In this document: one piece after another, positions 53,301-63,858 of the stretch
Numbering within the stretch: position 1 is the stretch's first letter
Layout: each line of letters begins with the position of its first letter
Origin: Haplodiscus bocki
Taxonomy: Eukaryota
Assembly: GCA_965655095.1 (NCBI GenBank)
Contig: OZ296651.1
Location: 62,186,001 to 62,250,000, forward strand
Direction: 5' to 3'
DNA length: 64,000 nucleotides
Program-made: the position numbers and the translations under genes
Notes under the pieces: generated by a model
Database searches by the model: none
Seen by the model: only the letters and a program-made list of their open reading frames with translations
Told to the model about the DNA's origin: nothing

Positions 53301-54257
53301 ACAGAAATATTGATAAGAGAATAACTAATTATCTTATGAATAACTTGCTAGAAATCTAAAACGAAGCTTTGTTGAGAGAAATTGATATTACCATGGAAGA
53401 AAAATTGGAAGTTCTGAAAAAAGTAAAATTAAATAAAGTCTAAAGGTCTTTGACTGTCACTAATAAATCTTGTGTTCATATTTGGTAATACAAGAGCATA
53501 AACAACGTAACTACCATTGTCAACATCACCTGTCAATTTAAGAAATACTTTCATTGTTCGTAGTGCAGGAACTTTTTTGGTAACGTACTTCAAAACATAC
53601 AAAATGTTTTTTTTTTCTGAAACCTGATAACAACTTGTATTATAAGACGACATAAAATATTGTCTTTAGTTAAATGTGTAAAACATGAAACAAACACTCC
53701 AACCCTTTGTGAAAATTTTCATACTTATAATTTAAACTGATGCCGACCTCGAAGTATTTTCAAAAGGTAAGTGTACATTGAGCACATGAGCGGAAAAACA
53801 TCTTCTTTCTGTTCTCGATTTTTCCTCCAAACTCTCTCTTGGAAACCAACAATAACATAAAACTGAAAATCATTTTATTTGTAATGCCTTCTTCATTTTT
53901 CTGATCAGTTTGTTACTTTACATAATTTCATAAAATAGAATTTACAATGTAGTGTATATCAATTGGCTTTCTGGATACAAAAAATTCGGAAAAATTTTTT
54001 GAGTTCCATTAGGAGTATAAAAAAGGACCAAGCAAAAGATAATTCTTTTCATAGTTGTTGCATTAGCAGTAGCAGCAACTCTAATCATTGCATCATTATC
54101 AGTATAACGTTTCCATGTTGAGTTGCATCCTAACACATATGTAGCAATCTCTTCATGTTAAGCCGACCCAAAAAACTCTTTTCGTAGAAATTCCCCGTTG
54201 AAACTTTTCCGATATTTTTCGATGGCAAAGGATTGCCTGCTCCAATTAATACTTCTT

Positions 54258-55408
54258 CTTCCACTCAGAACTTTCACTTAACTTGAACAATTTTTCTTAT
54301 ACTTAAAAAATGAATGTAGTACGTTTGCGTTGGCTGGTGGTTAAACGTTTGTGACCTAATATTTTATCATTTTTCAGCAACCATTTCTTCATCCGATTTA
54401 CTAGTCTCATCTCCACCGTTTTATTCATGCGTTATCAAACATAACCATCAAACCTAACCCTTAATTCATTCGGATTCCCAGAACGAAAAATGAACCCCGA
54501 TACAAACAATCGTGTTTCATTGTCTTCTTTTTTCTCCAACATGTTTCTTTCTAGTGCTTTCAACACCTAAAACATGTTGATCAAATTAATTTCCTTTAAA
54601 AAATCAATAAGTGTTTTTGCATCTGGTGGATTTGGTTCATTGAATATATATTCAGTTATTTTTTTCTAGTGCAATTTTGAGGGACAAACTTTTACCACTC
54701 CCTCTAAAAATCATTTTGTATTGTAAGTTTTCCATCATTCATGATAAAATTTATCCAATTACCGTTTAGGTCACCTTACAAACCGGATTGACTTTTTTCA
54801 GGTTTGAAAAGGTTAGTTGACGGTCTAACTAAAAAACCATCAACTAACCCATTTTTCTTCATCAACTCTAGAGGTTTTACACTTGACGTTTAAATCATTC
54901 ACTTCACCAATTGCTCTCCTGGTTGATTGACTTCCTCTAAGAAGTTTATCGTTTGTATCTATGATAACTTCTGGTAACTGGTTCAAAAAATTTTTATGAA
55001 TCGTAATAATAATTCTGTTTACCTAAATTTTCTTGTAAATGTACAGCATTTATTTGCGATTGCACATCATCTTTTTGTGAAACAGTTGAAAGTCATCCTA
55101 ATTTTAAAATTAATTTAAGATCATTTTAACCTTCTCAAACAAGATATGTTTTTGGTATGAAATTTATGTAAACTCCTAATAAACTTCCGTCAGAAATACA
55201 GAACTTTCCTCACTTTTCTTCTTAGTTCTGTCGGAATAAAAATACTTTTATTCTTCATTTTTCCATGATCCTCGACCAAGATCTTTCATTTCGCCATAGC
55301 TTATATCAATTCCTGCAATATCTACATGAAGGTTCTCTACATTTCTTAAAACTTTCTTGGACAAAAAAAACTAAATTGCTTCTATTTTTGTAGTTCATTA
55401 CGGTTAAT
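54258..55408 (-). mobile_element. Continuation of Polinton-like element A (copy 2): MCP 5' stub, uncharacterised ORF and ATPase 3' remnant
   Basis: 54622-55408 is collinear with 19738-20518. An extra segment at 54290-54620 encodes SGNPNELRVRF...SDEEMVA..DKILGHK. Homology stops abruptly at 55408. Confidence 0.8.
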
Positions 55409-55650
55409 GGTAGTAGAAGAGTGAGCAGATCACACGAGGGTGGGGTTTGAAGACCCTATGTATTAAGATAGGCTATAGCGAGCCGACTACAGCCGAGAGA
55501 GGAGAGCCGAGAAGGGTCTGGAACCCTAGTCAAGAGCTCTCGGGTGACGAATTACTCGATTCTGATTGGCTGACGACTCGGGTGAGGTAATACTCGAAAT
55601 TGATAGGCTGCTGACGGTAAGGTCTTAAAATGGGGTTCGGGTCAAAAATA
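55409..55650 (+). repeat. Outer terminal repeat region of element B
   Basis: Shares atgtattaagataggctatagcgagccgact and ctcgggtgacg with 63859-64000. Confidence 0.8.
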
Positions 55651-55654
55651 TATG

Positions 55655-56134
55655 AGACGGTATAGTTCGGCTCAATGTATTATGATAGGGTATAGTTCGG
55701 CTCAATGTATTAAGATAGGGTATAGTTCGGCTCCATGTATTAAGATAGGGTATAGTTCGGCTCAATGTGCTAAAATAATGTATAGTTCGGCTCAAGTTAT
55801 TCAGATAGGAAATAGTTCGGCTCAAAGTTTAAAGATAGGGTCTAATTCGGTTCAAGGTATTAAGATAGGGTTTAGTTCGGTTCAATGTAATAAGATAGGG
55901 TATAGCTCAGCTCAATGTATTAAGATGGGGTATAGTTCGGCAATGTATTAACATAGGTTATAGTTCGGCTCAATGTATCAAGATAGGTTATAGTTCGGCG
56001 CAGTGTATTAAGATAGGGTATGTTTCGGCTCAATGTATTAGGATAGGGTATAGTTCGGTTCAAAGTATTAAGGAAGGGTATAGTTTGGTTCAACGTTTTA
56101 AGATAGGGTATAGTTGGGCACTGTATTAAGATAG
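55655..56134 (+). repeat. 30-bp tandem repeat, ~16 copies (GTATTAAGATAGGGTATAGTTCGGCTCAAT)
   Basis: Direct head-to-tail repeats with no spacers, subterminal to element B. Confidence 0.95.
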
Positions 56135-56240
56135 ACGATGCCCCTAAGAAATATAAGGGATGGGGTGTTCACAACGGGGGGTCCTTTGCAAATGTGGGGT
56201 TTACAATTATTTGGAGAGACTTTTTGTGGGCCGGCATTGT

Positions 56241-56300
56241 TTTTTACGCGGGCGGATAATTTATTACGCGTGCGGATGATTTATTACGCGTGTGGATATT
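56241..56300 (+). repeat. 20-bp tandem repeat, 3 copies (TTATTACGCGTGCGGATGAT)
   Basis: Seen directly in the sequence. Confidence 0.85.
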
Positions 56301-56480
56301 TCATTAAGGGAGCCGAGGCGATAGGGAGCGTGAGCGTACGGCAGGCAGCGGCGGATACTGATATGACTCAATGCTATGTAAAAAGAGTGTTTTAAGGTTT
56401 TCAAAAATTAATTGGAAGGTATGAATTTGGACAAATACACGACATTATGAAAAGAAAAATTATTGAATAGATTGAATATC

Positions 56481-59400
56481 TTACAAATTAAGCGGTTGAG
56501 TGTGAACTCCATCAGTATCGATTATTCGTTTTGGCTAAAAGTAGGACAGACCTTCTTAACTTGTTCATAACTAGCAACAAAAAGATTGTTTCTTCGGAAT
56601 CCTCTATAGTTCGAAGTTCAAGACTCTCCGATGCCTTTCCCGTGGTCCGGTGCCGGTCTGTTCCAGCGCGCGTTTGTTGGGACCTTTGGTGCTAATTTTA
56701 AGTTTATTAGAGGTGACATCATAGCAGCAGTATGTCTTACTACAAAGACATAATATCTCCGTACATCCGAACTCTTCTTCAAATAGGCCAGGCTCTCTCT
56801 TATCATGTTGTTTGTGTTTTACACAACATGTTCTGGGGAAGAAGTTTGCTACAGCATCAGCAGTGAAAGTATCGACACAGTCATTTGATCGCAACTTCTG
56901 CCATTACGCTCTCATTTCAGGTCTTATACAATCCTCCAGTTCTTTCTCGGCAAGAGCGAGATACAGCGAATCTGTCCATTTCCAACTCTTGGAACTTGTT
57001 TACGTCACCGAATCTGGTGAAGAAGTTGTAGTACAGCTCCAACATTCGCAGTTTTGCGTATTGAAGAATGAAGAACCCGACAATGATTGGTTCTTTGTGT
57101 TCAATCTGTGCTTTGGCTAGTTCAACTCCATACAATGAATTGTTCACATGATCTGGCTTTTTGAACAGTTTACTATTAACGGCTGCATGTATTTTTTCAT
57201 CAGAGAGGTATTTCGTTACAGTGTGTCGGCTCCCGTCCATAATCTGATAACCGTAGGAGCTGTTGGCTAGAAGCTTCATTGTTTCTGCGACGACAGTTGA
57301 ATTTGGTTTTTCGTCACTTTGCCTTCTTGCGTCCACTGCTGACTGCACAAAACTGTTGAAGCAACTCTTTGGAGTGTACTCACCAAAGCGGAGTACTTCT
57401 GTCCAAACAAGACCCAATTGTAGATAAACCATTACCGGAGGAGTAATAAGTGTTCCATTTTGTAATCTAAAGCTTGATGTCAACATTTTTCGAGTTTTAG
57501 ACAATAATTTTTCTTCTTCGGCATAGTTTATCATCAAGTCTCCGATATCACTCTTGCCAATTACGGTGTCTTTGAATAATGGAGGAAAGTTAACAAAATT
57601 TTATCTCAAATTTTCAGGTACTTCAAAATCGCACTGCACGTGGCCAAACAAATTTTCTTTCTTTATTTCTTCCAAAAGTTGCTCAGCTGCAAGTGAACGC
57701 CTGTAAGGAAAGTGTTCTCGGATACGTAGTTTAACAGTATTGGTTTTTTTGTACAGTCTTCACCATTCGCACTCCCACATTTCAGTAATCTTGAAGCCTC
57801 CTTCTTGTATATGGTGTCGCCTCAATGCATCGAGCTATCTCTTCTCGCTACCACGTTGAATATCTTCTTCAGTGAGAGAGGGACGCAGCTCTTGACAGGG
57901 ACAGAAGTGGTAAAAACAACCCACGGCTTCAAACACAGTGTTGCAATGAGAACAAAACCCATCAACACTGAAGTAGTCAACTTTCTTCTGTCTGCTTGTT
58001 GTAAAGAAGCTTTCACAATCTGCTCTTGTTCGGTGGAAATAGGACATGACCACATTCTCAAAGCTGCGGGTCTTGTTTTATCGAGGTGTGAAACTACTCG
58101 TTTCTGAATCGAAATCTCAACGCGTATAAAGACCGGTAGGCAAGGGTTGACACATCGAGTAGGGATATAGTTGCCGGGCACCAATCCCAACAACAGATTT
58201 GAATATGTTTGCAGACTTTCGAATAAACGTTTCATCAACAACTGCTTTGCGTGTAAAAACGATAGATGGACCACCAACAACATGTTCTCGAAGTTTTTCC
58301 AAGAGGTCATCATCTCCTTCCGTGAATGGATAGACTTTTGCATCAGTCGATTTGTGTAAGCAAATGTTGGCCAGGTTTGGTAAGGTACAACCAAAGTTTA
58401 ACAGATCGATATCTTGGTCATGGTAAAAAGCAATTTTTTTCTGCATTGCTTCTGAGGTTGACACAACATCTTTAGTGTTATACCTGCGCAAAAAATCTTT
58501 GAAAGCGCTCATTTTGTTCCTGCTTCCATATTTGTTGCAGGTATTGATGATTCTCAATACCAGTTGGGGGTGGGGGTTGCCTTTAATTGTTTTAATTTGA
58601 CGACGGCTTGTTCTTGGTCAGTCCATTTTTCACTAGATTACCATAGACCGTGTATTCGGCTTCAAAAAGGTTACAGCCACGAAGTTTACTGTAAGATGGG
58701 GGAAGTTCTGTAATCTGCATTTTGTTGGGGTGATCAAACTATTCGTACGGGGGAAAATCCTTTTGTTTCTGAAGTTTTGTGAAAAAATGAATCAAGGCTT
58801 GTTGCTCCACCAAGAAAGTTCATTATATTCAATAGCTGAAAATCACCAAAATTGAACGAGATGATCTGGTTCGTTTTCTTGATGACAGTGGGTTCAATGT
58901 TTCGTTTGTTAACGAGAAAGTGTAGGAAATAGGACTTGATTAGGTTGAGATCGTATTTTGCACTGTTGAAACCAAACACAGGTAAAACATTGCAATAATG
59001 TTCCAGAGATTCTTGGAGATTAATTAATTGATTTTTTTGATTCTGTAGGAATTGAGTTGAGGCACATATTTCGTTTTCAAAATCATCTTGACTCATCTCA
59101 AACCTCTCTCTATCTTGTCGATTATGACGTTGATTAAGTTTCTCCAAGATGCTACCCAGTTTAATTTTTATTGTTGTCTGGATATCAAGGAACAAGTTTT
59201 CCATTTTCGCTTTGCTTTGTGAAACCAAATTATCGAGAACTCGCTCCAATAAGAGATGCAACGAGGTGATGAGGATCAGACTTGCAGAGGAAAATTGGTT
59301 TTTCCACAAAGTTTGAAGAAATTGATACAGACATCGGGACTTGTTTTCCTATCCAAGTTGTTGTATTCGTGTCCCTGAAGGTTTCCTTTTGGACACAAAT

Positions 59401-60748
59401 TGATTCAAAGTCGAACTTTGCTAAATTTTTGAAGAGTTTTTGTTCACTCGTGTACTCGATACCGAAAGAGTCCAGCTTGTCGAAGAGAGTATCTCGGATT
59501 TGATATCCGTTCTTCGGATAGACATTTTTCACTAATTCTTTGCATGTAGTTAAATGTCACTCTAAATTAAATATTCTGTTACAGAAACTGTCACAAACAG
59601 GGCAGCGAAAAGATTGGAAGACTGCATTAATGTTGTTCACATAGCAAAGTGTTTTCATATCTCTGCGCACTTCGTCTTGCAAGTTCTCGGACAATGTTCC
59701 TATCCACAATATCTTTATCATACAGGAGAATGTTGAGAGTTAGCAGATCTTCAACAGTAGGAGTATCATTCATGTGGACTCCTTGGAAGTGATTGGGGCT
59801 CAGTCCATCCATTTTATTGATGAATAAATTGCACAACTTTGAAGTTTCTTCTTCCAGTCGTTGAGTGCCATGCAAATGGAGAGCAAGCATACGAAAGAGG
59901 CACAGGTTGTCTTTATAAGGTTGTCTTGTGTTTTCTTCATACGTGAGACAGTTGATTGTGTGATTTTTAGGCAGAAGTTCGGGAAAAAATGCGTTCTTGC
60001 ACCCCATAGGTACGTCTTTGAGTAGAGCAGCAAAAACAGTTAAGTTTGTCAACTTGTAGAACCTCCGCTTTTTGATCATTATTTCTCGGCTACAAGACTC
60101 TATGACGTCAGTTTTGTTGATAAAATTTTTCAACTTTGCCAACTTGTCATGCGTGCACACAATTCTGGAACGATCCAGCAGGGTATTGTTTTCGTGTGCA
60201 TAAAAGTATCTGAACCATACATCTTCTAAAGCCAGATTCATTTTTAATGCACATTTCAGATTGTTGAAAAATTGATCAAGTTTCTCGTTCACGATTGTTT
60301 CGTTGAGAGTTTCCACTGCGTAATTGAATACTTTGTGTCTCGCCCTTTGAAGTTCGGAATCCACCAAGAAATGTTGACAAGATCGCAACTGTTTTCTCAA
60401 CCTGTGATCCTCAACATCTCCCACTATGTGTTCCACATCCACATCTCTTGTTCCTGATCCGACCTGCAATCCGTGTTGAGTGTCTCTATGTTGAAGTAAA
60501 GCGTAAAAATCCTGGAAACTTTGATAACAAAGTTTACACTTGAAGGTGACATCAGGTTTTGGGGCGTTGTGCTTCTTAGCAATATGGTAATTCAGATCAA
60601 CATGGGATTTTGTGGAGAAATTGGGACATTGGGTACAATACAATGTACCAGCAGAACAACTGTTCTTATGACGTGCAAGATTAAGCTTTGTAGTTTGGGT
60701 GCCGCAAGTCTCACAAGTAACCTTCTCGTGCTGATTTAAAAAAGGCAT
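56481..60748 (-). pseudogene. polB: Protein-primed DNA polymerase B with N-terminal C2H2 zinc fingers and an inserted endonuclease-like domain; multiple frameshifts
   Basis: Three C2H2-type fingers (CETC..H, CTQC..H...H, CKLC..H...H); ExoI FDFES; ExoII GFNSAKYDLNLI; ExoIII YNTKDV; motif A GIGARQLYPYSM (catalytic D lost); motif B KLLANSSYG; motif C EMD(TDS) frameshifted; REPGLF; ends DGVHTQPLNL*. Confidence 0.92.
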
Positions 60749-61564
60749 TTGAGTACAAAGTGTTAAGTAGAGTGATTTGAAATGAACGTAAAAACTGAGG
60801 CATTTTGACTGTAGCAATGCAAATGAAATAATGTCAAAAAACTTTGTAGACTTTGTAGCAAGTAATTTTATATTATTTTTTCCCATTCACGGAAAGTTCC
60901 ATAAAAGGACAGAGCAGCCATAAAAGGAAAGGTTAACCATAAAAAAACTTCTCGAGCTAACAATCATTCTCTTTCAATTTGAAAACTGGTTATACAACTA
61001 ATGAAACTTCAATTGAAGGGACGATAGCGCTTATGTCTGAAAATCTTTAATGTGGAACAAATCCCCTAAAATGGTGACACATTGTCCGAGAAAAATATTC
61101 AATTGGATTAAGTGTTCCAGACAGCGTGTCTGAGCTAACTACTCAAATGGAACGAATTCTCTCGATAGGGTGACAGCTTGTCTGGAAAAATTACTGAAGT
61201 GGAGCAATTTCCCCTGATACAGAGACTGCTTGTTTGAGAAATGTAATTTGTTTGTCTTGTTTCTTTAGGTCCAACTATCAATCAAAAAGACGCCCATATT
61301 AGAAACAAATATTGAATTTTGCGCAGATTGTGTAGTGTAGAGGTTAAAGGCTTCTAATTCGAAGAGTTATCAACGTAAGTCCTTGTAGTGAACCAATCAA
61401 AGCTTTTAACCACTAAACCATGGATTCATATCTAATTATCCAAAAAGAAATATTTGAATCTGATTGGTTAAAATTATTACTATCATTGAAACTTGAGCTC
61501 CGCATTGTTTTCACCGCTACACCTCCGATAATTTCATTTTGAAAAATTTACTGAATACAGAAAG

Positions 61565-62161
61565 TTGATGTCTCTCAAAAAGCAAATTCCCAGTTTGTGC
61601 AAACTTTATTCATTTTGCGACGAAATACCAGAGGAGTTTTCGGACAAAACTGACGTAGATAGTTATTTTCCCAACAATATTTTTGACATTTCCCAGTTCC
61701 AGCATCGAATAGTGCGAGGTAGCAGACGCTCCAACAAAAAATCGTTTGCACTCAAGTTATTCCTGTTTTGCGATTTGAAGACACTTCAACTTTCTATCCT
61801 CCAAGAAGAAATGAGTATCAGAGAACTCAATTGTTTGGACGACAGTCTGCGCGATTTTTTCAAAACTTATGATCACGCTAGCAAGTGTTTACAGATTCCC
61901 CTATCAAAGCCGAAAGTTGAGATTGTATCTACAAAGTCAAAAGACAATCCCGTTGCTCATTACTATAACGATATCATTGAACATCCAAATAGAAAAATTC
62001 GTTTATCGCTCCGATTTGAAAACAATATTTCTTGCGTATTTTCCATCAAAAAGTTTGAACTACACGGCAATCAATTTGTTCGTACAGAAATTGTCAACCT
62101 GAACCATCGCGAGAATTCACCATCTTTACAAGAACCGATAATACGTTGCAAACAAGTGTGA
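61565..62161 (+). CDS. Element B uncharacterised ORF
   Basis: 198-aa open frame divergent from pPolB, with no confident domain; probably slightly decayed. Confidence 0.5.
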   Translation: MMSLKKQIPSLCKLYSFCDEIPEEFSDKTDVDSYFPNNIFDISQFQHRIVRGSRRSNKKSFALKLFLFCDLKTLQLSILQEEMSIRELNCLDDSLRDFFKTYDHASKCLQIPLSKPKVEIVSTKSKDNPVAHYYNDIIEHPNRKIRLSLRFENNISCVFSIKKFELHGNQFVRTEIVNLNHRENSPSLQEPIIRCKQV

Positions 62162-62183
62162 ATTAATTGAGAGCAATCACAAG

Positions 62184-62962
62184 GTGTACCGCATTAACCC
62201 TGATTGTGGGTATGACAATAACACTATTATTCTCCTTGGGGACGTGTATTGTCTAAATACAAAGTGTTCGGGTAAACTTTACCTGTACAAAAAGACTTTT
62301 CAATCTCTCAGCAGAAGCGATTATCAAAGACCGCAATGCGTGTCTGTGTGTCAGGTGCGCAATATTCTGTTTGAAGATCAAACAATTTCCTTTTTCTTGT
62401 CGCTTGGTCAAAGGGTTTACATTTTTGAAGAGACTCCAATATCAATTGAAGATGTTATTGAAGATGTGTATTCTCCTGGCAAGTATTGTTCCAACAGAGA
62501 GAAAAGCGAATTTCTTGACGGTTGTGTAACAACTCGGAGATCCATTCATGGTTGAGGAAAGTGTGGAGCCTGGTTGTTTGTTCACACAGTTCTTTTTGGT
62601 TACAAGGACACGTAACAACGACAAAAACCGATAAAACACGCATTTTATTTGCCAAAAAATGAACTTTGTACCCAACAAACAATTGCTACTTAATGTCCCA
62701 TTTGAATCAACCAAAGATAAAAAAAGAATTGTGTGTGGACAACAAAGCACAAGAGGCTATTGGAGATGTGTATTGTCCAACATATAGAAGTGAAAAGTGT
62801 GTTTACTTTTCAACCAATAAAGTGACTAATTTTTACGACTGTGAAAAGTCCAAAGCCTGCTGTCACGTATTGAATATTCCTCTTAAGGACCAAATACCGA
62901 CAATTATGTTGTTTGGTGGTGACGGTTCACATTGTTTTGCAAGAAAGACGAGTCGCAACTAG
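62184..62962 (+). pseudogene. Element B Cys-rich protein with three (G/E)DVY(C/S) repeats, frameshifted
   Basis: LLGDVYCLNTKCS, VIEDVYSPGKYCS and AIGDVYCPTYRS occur across ORFs 62184..62555 and 62666..62962. Confidence 0.5.
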
Positions 62963-63156
62963 AAAAAAGAAAAACCAAATCCTTCTTGAATACCTTTATC
63001 CGCCAATCACAACCAAGCACATTCCAACCTGAACCAAAAAAGTAGAATATATTCTATTTATTGCATAATCGTGTCGACACCCCATTGGTTGACACAGTTA
63101 AGCAAAACTTCATTCACATTATCATTTTATACAGTTTCAGTCTACAATAAAGCAAC

Positions 63157-63700
63157 ATGATTTTCTCAGTCTTCCTTGACGGTATTGAGTGGTCTTTCGA
63201 CTTTGGACCAGATTCAGTGACTCTGATTCTGAAAGATATCGTCCAAGAAATGACAAAAATTCCGCTGGCAGCTTGGAGCCTGTTGTTGTCTCAAAGACAA
63301 CAATTCTTGAACAATCATCTAGCGCGACATCCAGTTACCCCCAAACCAGCAAGGAACACATGAAATGGGGGACGAAGTACTTTCAAGCGTAGGTACACAA
63401 GATATGGACACAAGCCGGTATCAGGTCTCTTCTGCTGATCTGGACGATGTTGAATTCTACTGGGAAAACGGTCAGCTGGATGTAGACGCTGTTTTTAGAC
63501 CAGCGGTGGATATTCCTTTTTCACCAACAGCGTTTGACGACTTGGAGATGGGAGGTTCAGCAAAAAACCCCATTCTGCTCGACAAAGAGGGAACAAAGAG
63601 AACTCTCCTCTTCCTTCAACAACACCGGTCTCTGAGAGACCAACAGGACCCCCTGCATTGCTGAGAAGTCGTCCACTTGGAACGAGAAGAGAAAATGTTC
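63157..63700 (+). pseudogene. Element B uncharacterised ORF(s), acidic, probably one broken gene
   Basis: ORFs 63157..63363 and 63365..63664 abut each other; no domain recognised. Confidence 0.4.
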
Positions 63701-63858
63701 CTGAATATGTTTCTAGAAATTTGTTTCAATAGGTATTACCGTGTTTGTGTTTTAATATAGTTTATAATTAAAGTGTTTCATATTATTATAACGTTTTTCG
63801 AAAACTAGTCAGACATGTGTGAGGCAAACGCAGTTGTAGTATCGGTATCTTTAATTTT

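Larger units (their letters stand above)
21845..54258. repeat. Tandem macrosatellite: ~33 copies of a ~980-bp unit derived from the Polinton integrase 3' end (+) and MCP 3' part (-)
   Basis: The marker AACGAAGCTTTG (or a variant) recurs 33 times from ~22168 to ~53360, mostly at 970-985 bp spacing. The unit is collinear with the single-copy region 18730-19690. Confidence 0.97.
55409..63858. mobile_element. Polinton/Maverick element B (different lineage), inserted in the ATPase remnant of element A
   Basis: Terminus GGTAGTAG (canonical AGTAGT), subterminal tandem repeats, a full-length frameshifted pPolB and divergently oriented accessory ORFs. Confidence 0.88.

Noticed and set aside
24985-54136. 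The many 60-150 aa ORFs inside the array as real genes
   Set aside because: They are in-frame or out-of-frame fragments of the decayed MCP and integrase sequence repeated in each unit.
21845-54258. Functional tandem capsid gene family or antigenic-variation cassettes
   Set aside because: Units lack the MCP 5' end and carry frameshifts and stops, and there is no intact expression copy in the window.
21845-54258. Diversity-generating retroelement template/variable repeats
   Set aside because: No reverse transcriptase is present, and variation affects both A and T on the same strand across whole units.
55655-56134. CRISPR array or repeat-protein ORF (55652..55951, 55625..55825)
   Set aside because: The 30-bp units are contiguous with no unique spacers and no cas genes. 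The ORFs are a by-product of a period divisible by three.
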